IMG/VR virus record: IMGVR_UViG_3300048813_000140
Coordinates: 114,702-175,837 of that record
Reading direction: 5' to 3' (one strand)
Source of the DNA: a virus
Taxonomy: Duplodnaviria > Heunggongvirae > Uroviricota > Caudoviricetes
DNA: 61,136 bases
Part shown: one piece after another, positions 18,160-27,293 of the stretch
How positions within the stretch are numbered: the stretch's first letter is position 1
How the letters are laid out: each line of letters begins with the position of its first letter
The notes under the pieces: model-generated
The model's database searches: none
The model's input: only the letters and a program-made list of their open reading frames with translations
Told to the model about the DNA's origin: nothing
Made by a program: the position numbers and the translations under genes

Positions 18160-19127
18160 GGGTATTGCGGATAGGCGATCCACATGTCAAGCCAACCAAT
18201 ATAGAAGAATGTCATGAATTGTTCAAATTCGTGACTAAGGTTATTTTGGACAAAAAGCCAGATCGAGTAGAGTTGCTTGGAGATCTGTTTCACACGCACG
18301 CCATACTCAGGCTGGAAGTATTGGAATTCTGGAAACTATGGCTGGACAAACTCAGCGACTTAAAAGAAGTTTTTGTTATCGCCGGAAATCATGATCAAAC
18401 TGGAGATCATCACTTAGATACGAATGCTCTTTCTATATTCAAATTGATGAAAAAAGACACTCTACACATTATAGATAGCCCAAAACGGTATGGAATTTTT
18501 GCCTATGCACCATATGAGCATGACCATAATGTTTTTATAGATACGACAAATGACTTGGCAGGCAAAGGAGCCAAAGTTCTAGTCTGCCATCAGACATTCA
18601 CCGGCTCTAAGTACGAAAGCGGGGTCTATGCCCCAGACGGTATGGATGCCAGTGTGCTAAACTACGACTTGATCATTAGTGGTCATATACATTCCAGACA
18701 GCGGTTTGGGAATGTCATCTATCCTGGCACTGCCTATTGGCAATCCAACTCTGACGTAAACGAGTCTAAGGGTCTGTGGCTAGTCGAACACGATGGTAGT
18801 GGCAACATACAATATGAAGAATTTATTGATACTTCAAATGTCTGCAAGCCTATCGTAGGACTTACCTGGACTGAAGGCGAAGAAGCTCCCACGATCCCGG
18901 AAAATGCCAGAGTTAGTATTAAACTTGTAGGATCTTCTGATTGGGTAGTAAAGAACAAAAAACTCCTAAAGGGTCAAGTGTCTGTAAGTACTAAAATCAC
19001 CGATAAAGTCAACAAAGAAGCTAGGCAGACCGGTGGTAATTTCCACGATTTCGTCAGCAATCTATTCATAACAAAAGTAGACCGTAAAGAACTATTGCAG
19101 TATATGAAGGAGAAGGACCTTGGGTGA
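18156..19127 (+). CDS. sbcD: SbcD/Mre11-like metallophosphoesterase nuclease
   Basis: GDPH, GDLFH, GNHD, CHQ, SGHIH motifs. Confidence 0.85.
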   Translation: MRVLRIGDPHVKPTNIEECHELFKFVTKVILDKKPDRVELLGDLFHTHAILRLEVLEFWKLWLDKLSDLKEVFVIAGNHDQTGDHHLDTNALSIFKLMKKDTLHIIDSPKRYGIFAYAPYEHDHNVFIDTTNDLAGKGAKVLVCHQTFTGSKYESGVYAPDGMDASVLNYDLIISGHIHSRQRFGNVIYPGTAYWQSNSDVNESKGLWLVEHDGSGNIQYEEFIDTSNVCKPIVGLTWTEGEEAPTIPENARVSIKLVGSSDWVVKNKKLLKGQVSVSTKITDKVNKEARQTGGNFHDFVSNLFITKVDRKELLQYMKEKDLG

Positions 19128-19500
19128 CGTAGAAAACAAAATTAAGGACATGGCCAAATTGGTCGTTGGTTCTAATAGAATCTCTGAAATGCACAAAAAG
19201 AACCTAGAAATGTGGCCCTTAATCATGTTTAATGGGGTACAAAGCGTCACTATAGACTATGATCTGTCCTATAAGCACGACGTAGACGTAGACAACAAGA
19301 ACAATGTTACCCTTAAGGCGCCAATAAGGAATTCGTTCGTGTCCTACCATCTTACTATGGACGAGAATGCTGAAAATCCCAGCATTGACAAGCGTTTTAA
19401 GGCCTTGGAAGATGCTGTTAGGTCGATTTTTTGGAAAGATCTGTCCATAGAAGTCCATATAAATAATAAAATTGTATACAAATCAAGTAAAAAGCTATGA
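19120..19500 (+). CDS. hypothetical protein
   Basis: 126 aa coupled ORF. Confidence 0.65.
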   Translation: MGDVENKIKDMAKLVVGSNRISEMHKKNLEMWPLIMFNGVQSVTIDYDLSYKHDVDVDNKNNVTLKAPIRNSFVSYHLTMDENAENPSIDKRFKALEDAVRSIFWKDLSIEVHINNKIVYKSSKKL

Positions 19501-20012
19501 AACATTGCAATAATTGTAATTCGAATAAGCCAATTAATAAGTTTTACAAGAATAGCGGATCGAAAGATAATCTTGACACATATTGTAAGGAATGCAGACT
19601 TTCTCGCAATAAAATTTGGCGCAAAAACAATCCAGAAAAAGTCAAAAATGTTCAAAAACAATGGAAATCGAAAAATAGAAAAAGGTACAACGAGATCAAT
19701 TTAAAATGGAAAAAAGATAATACACAAAAAGTTATAGAAAGTGGAATAAAATACAGATATGGATTAGATCCTGTGTCTTACCGTAAAATGCTTGAAGATC
19801 AAGGCCATAAATGTATGATTTGTAATAGACATGAATCTGAGCTAAAACAAAGACTAAATATTGATCACAATCACGAAACTGGTGTCGTAAGAGGGTTGCT
19901 ATGTGATATATGCAATAGGGGCCTAGGATTCTTAGGAGCTGATCGTGGGACACATTTACTTAGAGCTGCCATATTATATCTAGAGAAAGACAAAAAAAAT
20001 GGACGAAAGTAA
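19497..20012 (+). mobile_element. endonuclease VII-type (HNH superfamily) free-standing endonuclease
   Basis: CMICN..LNIDHNHETGVVRGLLCDICNRGLG; N-terminal Zn ribbon. Confidence 0.85.
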
Positions 20013-20652
20013 AGCATTAACCACCATCGACCCATCTAGGATGGACGACATATCTGAAGCGGGTATGAAGAAAATTCAATTATATATTGATCAAGGTCTG
20101 CCTGGTATCATGACGGTGGACACTGACACCCTGTCAAGACTTGGGGAGCTTTATCTATCCGGTAAGACTTACGCCCAAATCTCCAATATTGTACGCGTCG
20201 ATATCACTACCATTATGTATCTCTCTTATAAGCATAACTGGAGCCAGATCAGAAAAGACTACATGGTTGAGTTAGAAGACCAGATGAAGCGTCGGGTTAT
20301 CGAGGCCAAACTTGTAAGTCAAGACTTCCTTTTGCAATTATCTCAGCTTTGGGAAAAGAAAATCGGAAACAAAATCACTCGCTATTTGGCTACCAATAAT
20401 GAAGAATTTGCGGATCAAATCAACTTGAAAGAAATCGATAGATATTTGAAAACTATGGAGTTATTACAGAAGTCCCTTGCGGAACCTAAGTCAGACAGTC
20501 GTGGACCTCTAGTGGGCCTAAATATCGGGGATGGAGCCACCATCACGAGAAAAGGCGATAACGAGCTAGAAATTACTCCAAAACAAAGGGCAATTGGTGA
20601 TATATTAAAACAACATGCAGATATGATGCGTGAAGAAGAAAAAAATAAATAA
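19999..20652 (+). CDS. HTH protein, possible terminase small subunit
   Basis: LYLSGKTYAQIS..VDITTIMYLSYKHNW HTH followed by helical oligomerisation-like region. Confidence 0.45.
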   Translation: MDESKALTTIDPSRMDDISEAGMKKIQLYIDQGLPGIMTVDTDTLSRLGELYLSGKTYAQISNIVRVDITTIMYLSYKHNWSQIRKDYMVELEDQMKRRVIEAKLVSQDFLLQLSQLWEKKIGNKITRYLATNNEEFADQINLKEIDRYLKTMELLQKSLAEPKSDSRGPLVGLNIGDGATITRKGDNELEITPKQRAIGDILKQHADMMREEEKNK

Positions 20653-20671
20653 ACGGAACAAAGGAGAAACC

Positions 20672-21583
20672 GTGATTTCATTGACTAGAGTAAAGATGTT
20701 GGCTATAGGTGCTGTTTTGCTATTATTGGCGTCCTGTGCTTCAAAGAAAACCCAAACAGATGATCTAGAGTGGCCAGCAAACGACATTACTGCTAGTAGC
20801 GTAACGGTTACAAATCTAAAGGCTAACCACGGCGGATCTGGAACTATTATGCGCTCTACACAGCACGAATCATTGGTTTTGACTAATGCTCATGTCTGCG
20901 GAGTCGTAGAAAAAGGCGGTCTAGTCTCAGGTCGTGCGGGTACATTTATGGTTGCAGGGTATAAAAAATCAAACAACCATGATCTATGTATGATTCGAGT
21001 AGAAGGTAATCTAAAATATAACACGACGGTGGCTAAGCATGCACCGGCAGAATTCTACGAAGACGCCGCAATTTCGGGACACCCTGCACTGTATCCTACC
21101 GTTAGAACGTATGGACACTTCTCAGGATTTCAACAAGTTCCCATTATGATGGGCTCTAAACCTTGCACGGCAGAAGATATGGAAAGCCCGGAAAAAGCTT
21201 TCGTATGTGCCTTGGCAGGTGGTCTTCCTATTATTAAGACATTTCACACCCAACTAGTTACGGCCACAATTATGCCTGGATCTAGCGGCAGCGGCGTGTA
21301 CAACGAAAACCTTGAGCTTTCTGGCGTGGTATTTGCTGGACAAGGTGAGTTGGGTTATGCTCTTATAGTCCCATATGCATCTGTCAAGAATTTCATTATC
21401 AAGGAACAATTTACACTTGAGTATACGCGTCCTGATAATACCATGGATCTGTTTGAAGGTAGCGGACAAAGCAAGGTTCATTCTAACGATATCATGGAAA
21501 AATTACACAGTGCGTGCTCATCATCCGACAGAATCAAGATTAAGAATCTATGCGAAATCGTAGAATCTGATATGGTTAAATAA
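20672..21583 (+). CDS. trypsin-like (S1) serine protease, predicted lipoprotein
   Basis: lipobox LLLLASC; catalytic TNAHV, HDLCM, PGSSGS; GTG start after AAGGAG. Confidence 0.85.
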   Translation: MISLTRVKMLAIGAVLLLLASCASKKTQTDDLEWPANDITASSVTVTNLKANHGGSGTIMRSTQHESLVLTNAHVCGVVEKGGLVSGRAGTFMVAGYKKSNNHDLCMIRVEGNLKYNTTVAKHAPAEFYEDAAISGHPALYPTVRTYGHFSGFQQVPIMMGSKPCTAEDMESPEKAFVCALAGGLPIIKTFHTQLVTATIMPGSSGSGVYNENLELSGVVFAGQGELGYALIVPYASVKNFIIKEQFTLEYTRPDNTMDLFEGSGQSKVHSNDIMEKLHSACSSSDRIKIKNLCEIVESDMVK

Positions 21584-21584
21584 C

Positions 21585-21836
21585 ATGCCCCTAATCAATT
21601 ACCTTTGTGAATGTAAAAATTCCAAAAGTAAATTTTACAGGCAAGCCAAGGATGCGCTTGCCTTTATTATTTGTGACAAATGTGGAAAAGAAGCAAAAAA
21701 AAGCTTGTGTTCTCCTTCAACTTCGAGTAAGATAGTAGTTGACAATGGCTTTCAAGCCAGAGCGATAGAAGTAATCCCAGACATCGTTGAGATTAATCAA
21801 AAACGATCAGAAAAAGATTATACACAGGATGATTAG
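21585..21836 (+). CDS. FmdB-like zinc-ribbon protein
   Basis: MPLINYLCEC..CDKCG. Confidence 0.65.
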   Translation: MPLINYLCECKNSKSKFYRQAKDALAFIICDKCGKEAKKSLCSPSTSSKIVVDNGFQARAIEVIPDIVEINQKRSEKDYTQDD

Positions 21837-23902
21837 TGCTATATTTAGAAGAGCTTGCCTTTGTCGGTATCGGTAGATTTGTCGATGAGCAGATCATACC
21901 AATTTCTGAATTAAGAAATTTTACCGAACTAGGCGCTGACAATAAAAATACCAACAGCTCCAGCGGATCAGGTAAGACCACTGTTTTTAACAGCCTGGAC
22001 TACCTACTTGGAATAAATGACTTACCTACGACCGTATTACAATCCAGACTAACCAAAACTGGAATGCGCGTTAGAGGAAAGTTTAAATGGGACGACGTTC
22101 CGCTAGAGATCACCAGAAGTAAGTCAGGTCTTAAGATAGATATAAACTCAGGCGAGACCGTCATAGAAGGCAGCAATGCCCTTGCCGAAGAAAAGCTAGA
22201 CGAAATCCTTGGTATGTCCAGGGACCTATTCAGGAAAATTTTACACAAAAGACAAAAAGAGGGTGGATTCTTCATGGATTTCACCCCAAAGAAAACCCAT
22301 TCATTCTTATCAGATTGTATGAAGTTGGGTGAATTCACCAAAAAAGCCAAAAAAGTAGACGACAAAATTACAACCATATCTGAAAATATGGATCAATCAG
22401 CATCAGAATTGTTAGTTGCCGGTGCAAACCTAAGAGCAACGCAAGATGCCATGTTGTCGCTTGGTTTGCCCCCAGTAAAAGAGATAACCAAGGAGATGAT
22501 ACTTGAACTCAAAGAAAAGTATGACCGATCAGGAATTCGATTCAAAGATGTCGAGTCTAGAATACAACAAGCTGAGCAAGAACAGGCAAAAAGTCGTCCA
22601 AGTACCAATGTCATTCCGTATGATGGAAGAAATAGAGAGTCTCTTGAGAGTCGAAGAAAAGAAATTGAAGCCAAAAGTAGATCGTTGCTTCTCGAAGAGC
22701 AGGATAGACAAACGCAAATCAGGTCTAGGATCTCTGAAAAAAGTATTGAAAGAAGCAAAATTGTATTTAAAATACAGCAAGGTACAACTGCTAAAGGAAA
22801 CGCTACAAAACTTGTTGGTGAAATCAAGCAGATAAGAGACAGCAAATGTCCAACATGCGAACAGGCATGGCATACAGAGTCTTCTAAGGTAACAGAACAG
22901 TCAAAATTATCCGAATTGGCCAAACATAAAGAAGCCATAGTGGAATCTATGCAGGCCGCAGAAAGACAGGACGTATTAAACGTAGAATTAAGCGTCCTAC
23001 AAGAACAGTTGGCGCCTATGGAGAATCACCAGCTATCTTCTCTGAATGAAGAGCTTCTGGAAATTACAAAACTTCTAGCAGAAGAGAAACAAAAAGAGAA
23101 GTCTTGGATAGACAGCTCAAACTACGCAAACAGAATCCTTATGGCCGATTTTGACGCTAAATCGGCAGCCCTACGCTTACAACATGCCCTAGAAATCGGT
23201 CAGGTTCGTGGACAGCTGGATATTGACCGTAGATCATTTGAGCTTGCCGTAGGCAGCCTTAAGGCTTACGAAGAGGCATCTGCCAGATATGAGGCCACCA
23301 AAAACTCACTAAAGATAAAAGAGGAAAATTTTACAAAGCAAAAATTGGCCGCCGAGATCGCCGTTGCCGGATTTGAAAAAGAGTTATTATTAGCTGAAGA
23401 AGTGCGTAAGGCCATAAAAATGTACGTTTCTTACTCATTTGATGGTGCCCTGGAAACCATAGGCGAGAACGCCACTAAAATAATTGCTTGCATTCCCAAT
23501 ATGAGATGTGCTACAATAAGATTCGAAGGTACTAAAGAGACGCAAGACGGTAAAATAAAAGAAGAAGTTAACGCCATCATAGATATGGATGGTGAAATTG
23601 GCATTCCTATTAAGAGTTTATCTGGCGGGGAACGAACTGCGGTAGATTTAGCGGTCGATCTGGCTGTCATAGACTTTATAGAAAGCAAAACAGGAAAAGG
23701 CATAAATATCTTCAACTTAGACGAACCTTTTAGCGGTCTTGGATCTGTAGAAATTGAAATGGTCTTGGAAGTTCTAAAAAACTCCAATACTAATAAAAAG
23801 ATCATAATAGTTGATCACAACCCAGAAGTCAAGCAGATGGTCCATGATAGGATCATAGTAGTTAGAGATGGATTAACTAGCAGAATAGAAAAGGCGGCAT
23901 AA
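21836..23902 (+). CDS. sbcC: SbcC/Rad50-like ABC ATPase
   Basis: Walker A SGSGKTT, coiled coils, Zn hook CPTC, signature LSGGE, Walker B LDEPF, DH. Confidence 0.9.
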   Translation: MLYLEELAFVGIGRFVDEQIIPISELRNFTELGADNKNTNSSSGSGKTTVFNSLDYLLGINDLPTTVLQSRLTKTGMRVRGKFKWDDVPLEITRSKSGLKIDINSGETVIEGSNALAEEKLDEILGMSRDLFRKILHKRQKEGGFFMDFTPKKTHSFLSDCMKLGEFTKKAKKVDDKITTISENMDQSASELLVAGANLRATQDAMLSLGLPPVKEITKEMILELKEKYDRSGIRFKDVESRIQQAEQEQAKSRPSTNVIPYDGRNRESLESRRKEIEAKSRSLLLEEQDRQTQIRSRISEKSIERSKIVFKIQQGTTAKGNATKLVGEIKQIRDSKCPTCEQAWHTESSKVTEQSKLSELAKHKEAIVESMQAAERQDVLNVELSVLQEQLAPMENHQLSSLNEELLEITKLLAEEKQKEKSWIDSSNYANRILMADFDAKSAALRLQHALEIGQVRGQLDIDRRSFELAVGSLKAYEEASARYEATKNSLKIKEENFTKQKLAAEIAVAGFEKELLLAEEVRKAIKMYVSYSFDGALETIGENATKIIACIPNMRCATIRFEGTKETQDGKIKEEVNAIIDMDGEIGIPIKSLSGGERTAVDLAVDLAVIDFIESKTGKGINIFNLDEPFSGLGSVEIEMVLEVLKNSNTNKKIIIVDHNPEVKQMVHDRIIVVRDGLTSRIEKAA

Positions 23903-24243
23903 TGTCTGATCCAGCTTTAATTGAGCAAGAATTGAGACAGTTTTTAGAGATTGAAGACAATTTAGCAAAAACCGATAGATTACACTATCTTATGGCCATA
24001 GTGAATAAACACTTCGCCATAGATAAAATAGATCACACCATCAACGGATACGACCTTGGGGAAATCATTGGGCATGCAAAAAATCTTGCTGGCAGCACTC
24101 AAGCCCCTCTGCAGATTTCCAAACTTGAGGTCAAAGGCGTAGAGCTTAGCTATGTGTTGATTATGGAAGCTTTTACGAATTATTTAAACAGAAATAAGTT
24201 ATTGAAACGGTTACCAAAATTCGATTACAAAAACAGGAGATAA
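23902..24243 (+). CDS. hypothetical protein
   Basis: 113 aa, TAATG coupled. Confidence 0.65.
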   Translation: MSDPALIEQELRQFLEIEDNLAKTDRLHYLMAIVNKHFAIDKIDHTINGYDLGEIIGHAKNLAGSTQAPLQISKLEVKGVELSYVLIMEAFTNYLNRNKLLKRLPKFDYKNRR

Positions 24244-24244
24244 G

Positions 24245-24523
24245 ATGGAGAAAAGTTTTGAGTCTGGAAAAGACGTCCCATTTTCGTTAAGGGTAAAAGA
24301 TGTTGATTGTCACCAAAGCGCTGAATGGATGTACGTTACGAAAATTTATGACGACGGTGGAGTAGACGCGTCTGGTGATAAATCCGAAGGTCTGATTTTT
24401 ACCAAGAAAGACTTACCAGAAATAAAACGAGCTATTGTTTATGAATTACAAAGACTCACATTGCCAGTAAAAAAGGATGGAAGTTTATCCTTTGTAGGCT
24501 TTGAACTAGAAGAAATAAAATAA
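24245..24523 (+). CDS. hypothetical protein
   Basis: 92 aa, AGGAG RBS. Confidence 0.65.
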   Translation: MEKSFESGKDVPFSLRVKDVDCHQSAEWMYVTKIYDDGGVDASGDKSEGLIFTKKDLPEIKRAIVYELQRLTLPVKKDGSLSFVGFELEEIK

Positions 24524-24532
24524 GGAGATAAA

Positions 24533-24823
24533 ATGGGACGACCTAAATCACAACCAAAGACTTTGAGAGAAAAAACAGAGAAAGAATTTCCAGATTTCGT
24601 AAAAGAAGTTGATGGACTGAACATCCAGGAAATGGAAAAACGAATCTCAAACTACGCAAAAGAGCTGGAAGATTCTGAACAACATAAAGAAGATAATCAA
24701 GCCCTGAAAGATGCCCATGCGGAAGTTACAGAACTTGCTGGTCCCTATAAAGATGTCAAAAAGGCAGTCAAAGTTAAAACTCGCTATCTTATCGCTTCTA
24801 TTCGGGAAAAAGGCGGCCAATAA
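24533..24823 (+). CDS. coiled-coil hypothetical protein
   Basis: 96 aa, AAGGAG RBS. Confidence 0.7.
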   Translation: MGRPKSQPKTLREKTEKEFPDFVKEVDGLNIQEMEKRISNYAKELEDSEQHKEDNQALKDAHAEVTELAGPYKDVKKAVKVKTRYLIASIREKGGQ

Positions 24824-25017
24824 TGACTAAAGTAATAAACATGAGCACCGTTCTGTCATTGGCAGATGTTGTGCAACAAGAGAGACTCAATCAGCACATT
24901 CAGAAGCAAAACGCTCAAGGTTGGGAATTGATGTCGAGTGCGCTAGAAACCACAGGCATTCAAGAATTGCTGCTACTATTTTGGAAGAAGACGGTCGAAG
25001 AAAATCATGGATGTTGA
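24823..25017 (+). CDS. DUF4177-like small protein
   Basis: LNQHIQKQNAQGWELMS pattern. Confidence 0.5.
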   Translation: MTKVINMSTVLSLADVVQQERLNQHIQKQNAQGWELMSSALETTGIQELLLLFWKKTVEENHGC

Positions 25018-25624
25018 GCGGGTCCTTGGCCTGGATATGAGTACTAAAACCGGATTTACGCTATTGATTAGTGATGCTTCCGGTATGGTATTAGAGGAAT
25101 ATGGCCAGATACCACAGATCCATACTCCTGAAGGTGCCTACCCAGAATCCTTCATTATTTGGTCCCACGCTGTAGTTGATGAAATTGTAAAAGTTATAGA
25201 GCGATTGAAACCAAACGTTTTGGTGATAGAAGAAACTGCAGCTGGAAGCAAGGCAATATACACACAAAAGATCCTTGAATGGATTCATTACTTAGTTGCG
25301 AAATATATTGTTGACAAACGTCTCAAAGTGGTATATATTATGACTGGACAGTGGAGAAGCGAAATAGGATGCTCCATGAGTAAAGAAGAGTCCAAGCATA
25401 ATAAAACTGTAAAAGAGTACAAAAAAAAGAATTCTACCAGTTTAGCTTATGATATAAGCGGTAAGAGAATTGGCAAGATAACGAAGAAACACGTCAACGT
25501 GCGCAGAATCAATGAGATCTTTGGTAAGTATCTGAAAACTCCATTGAAAATGAAAGACGAAGACGCTGCAGATAGCCTAGGACTTGCCTACGCTTATCAC
25601 TTGAGAAGGATAGCTAGAAAATGA
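25007..25624 (+). CDS. ruvC: RuvC-like Holliday junction resolvase
   Basis: VLGLDMSTKTG, LVIEE, DEDAADSLGLA. Confidence 0.8.
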   Translation: MDVERVLGLDMSTKTGFTLLISDASGMVLEEYGQIPQIHTPEGAYPESFIIWSHAVVDEIVKVIERLKPNVLVIEETAAGSKAIYTQKILEWIHYLVAKYIVDKRLKVVYIMTGQWRSEIGCSMSKEESKHNKTVKEYKKKNSTSLAYDISGKRIGKITKKHVNVRRINEIFGKYLKTPLKMKDEDAADSLGLAYAYHLRRIARK

Positions 25625-26568
25625 GTAACTATTTAGATGAAGAAGAAGAACCATTTAGTGACCAGCCAGACGAGATTGTAGAAGGCGAACAGGATCCTGC
25701 AGTATCACTTAAGCTAAATAGACCTACCGCCAACCTTCCCAAGCCTGCACCGGCATCCGCTCCTGTAGAAGAGGAAGTGGAAGAAGAAGTTGAAGAGATT
25801 GCCGAAGAAGTAGAAAATGAAAATTTTGCCGAAGTGTTCAGCGATGCAAACCTGCGCATTGAACAAGGTCGTCTTTATCAGATGGTAATGAATAACAGCC
25901 TATTTGAGGGCTTAGATGCAGATCCAAAAGCTATTCAGAATGTAGAAAAAGAGATACGCAAGTTCGCCAGAGAACGTATGGAAATAATGCTAGGAATGCG
26001 ACAAGAAGCACCTAAAGAGACAGCGATGTCCATGGAAGGATTTCCATTTAATGCTCTGGAAGTAGAAGTACTCAAATCCTTGGCCTCAGTTGCAACAAAG
26101 GGTGCCTCCCTTGAAGCCGCGCCGTTTAGTGGAGCCGTAGCTAAGAAAAAGACATTGACGCCTATAAACGCCAATAGAACGCCTCACAAACCTGCACCTG
26201 CAGTTAAGCCAGTTGTAAAATCTACAAAACCACTGAACACCAAACCGGCCAAACCTATGGTTAGAAAAGTAGATGCGGCAATCCAACGTATTTTGGATGA
26301 AGAGGGCGTTACCCTGGATCAAGTCAATGAAGTATTTGACCCCAACCACAAGGTTTTGAGCAAGTCTACGGATGAATTGACCGAAGAAGAGATAGTAGAA
26401 AGAAATAAACAAGCCAACGGTAGAGTAGGCAAACAAGTTGCATCAAGGAATGCGATTCCAATGCCTTCTGAAGATCAAATGGCCGGTATTTATCAGCAGA
26501 GAGCCGAGCAGGCAAATGCTAATCCGCAAATGAAAATGATAATGGGTTACTTAAATAATAAGAAATAG
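25621..26568 (+). CDS. hypothetical protein (acidic N-terminus, K/P-rich linker)
   Basis: 315 aa ORF. Confidence 0.75.
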   Translation: MSNYLDEEEEPFSDQPDEIVEGEQDPAVSLKLNRPTANLPKPAPASAPVEEEVEEEVEEIAEEVENENFAEVFSDANLRIEQGRLYQMVMNNSLFEGLDADPKAIQNVEKEIRKFARERMEIMLGMRQEAPKETAMSMEGFPFNALEVEVLKSLASVATKGASLEAAPFSGAVAKKKTLTPINANRTPHKPAPAVKPVVKSTKPLNTKPAKPMVRKVDAAIQRILDEEGVTLDQVNEVFDPNHKVLSKSTDELTEEEIVERNKQANGRVGKQVASRNAIPMPSEDQMAGIYQQRAEQANANPQMKMIMGYLNNKK

Positions 26569-26612
26569 TATTAATTAACAACTACTTAGAAAGTAGAAAG
26601 AGGAGAATAAAA

Positions 26613-27278
26613 ATGGCAAATGAACCACAAGCACCTGCAGCAGCTCAACAAGCGCCCAAGGTACGAACCGCATCGCAACGGTTGGATGATCTCGAAAAAG
26701 GCTTGATGGGCCTTTATCAAGCAGCAGACAATATCGCTCGTGATACCACGACGCTTAAAGAAGCTGTCAAGATTTTGGGTAACAAAATCGACGCGATTGT
26801 GAAGCTCACCGTAAAAGGTGAAGATTTGTCCGATGACAGCATTACGAAAGTGATGATTCAAAATAATGTCGACGATTTGAAATCCAAAGTAGATGGATTG
26901 GTCGCAAGTGGCCAGTTGGCACTTACTTCGGACCCCTTAACTCTCAACACGTTTGTTGTTGGTAGAGAAGTTAACGCCGAAGGCGAAGTTGCTAATCCCC
27001 GATTGCAGTTTGTAGTTGGTAGCCTAAATGCTGATTTGCAGCCGAAACTTGTCGGCAAAACAGCTGGCGATGTTATTGAATTTCAAGAAGGAAAATTGAA
27101 ATTTGAAATTCTGGAAGCATACACGATTGTGCCTCCGGCACCTCCGGCAGCTCCCGACGCTCCACCGGCTGATGCTGCCCCTGCAGCCGACGCAACTCCG
27201 GCTACGCCCGCTCCGGCTGCCACGCAATCTTCTACGGATGATCAAGCAGCAGCAGCTCCTACAACTCCAGCAACTTAA
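26613..27278 (+). CDS. coiled-coil + FKBP/GreA-C-like domain protein with Ala/Pro tail
   Basis: QFVVGSLNADLQPKLVGKTAGDVIEF..KFEILE resembles the FKBP-like fold of trigger factor/GreA-C; AAGGAG RBS. Confidence 0.5.
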   Translation: MANEPQAPAAAQQAPKVRTASQRLDDLEKGLMGLYQAADNIARDTTTLKEAVKILGNKIDAIVKLTVKGEDLSDDSITKVMIQNNVDDLKSKVDGLVASGQLALTSDPLTLNTFVVGREVNAEGEVANPRLQFVVGSLNADLQPKLVGKTAGDVIEFQEGKLKFEILEAYTIVPPAPPAAPDAPPADAAPAADATPATPAPAATQSSTDDQAAAAPTTPAT

Positions 27279-27293
27279 ACAAAGCGGGACATT

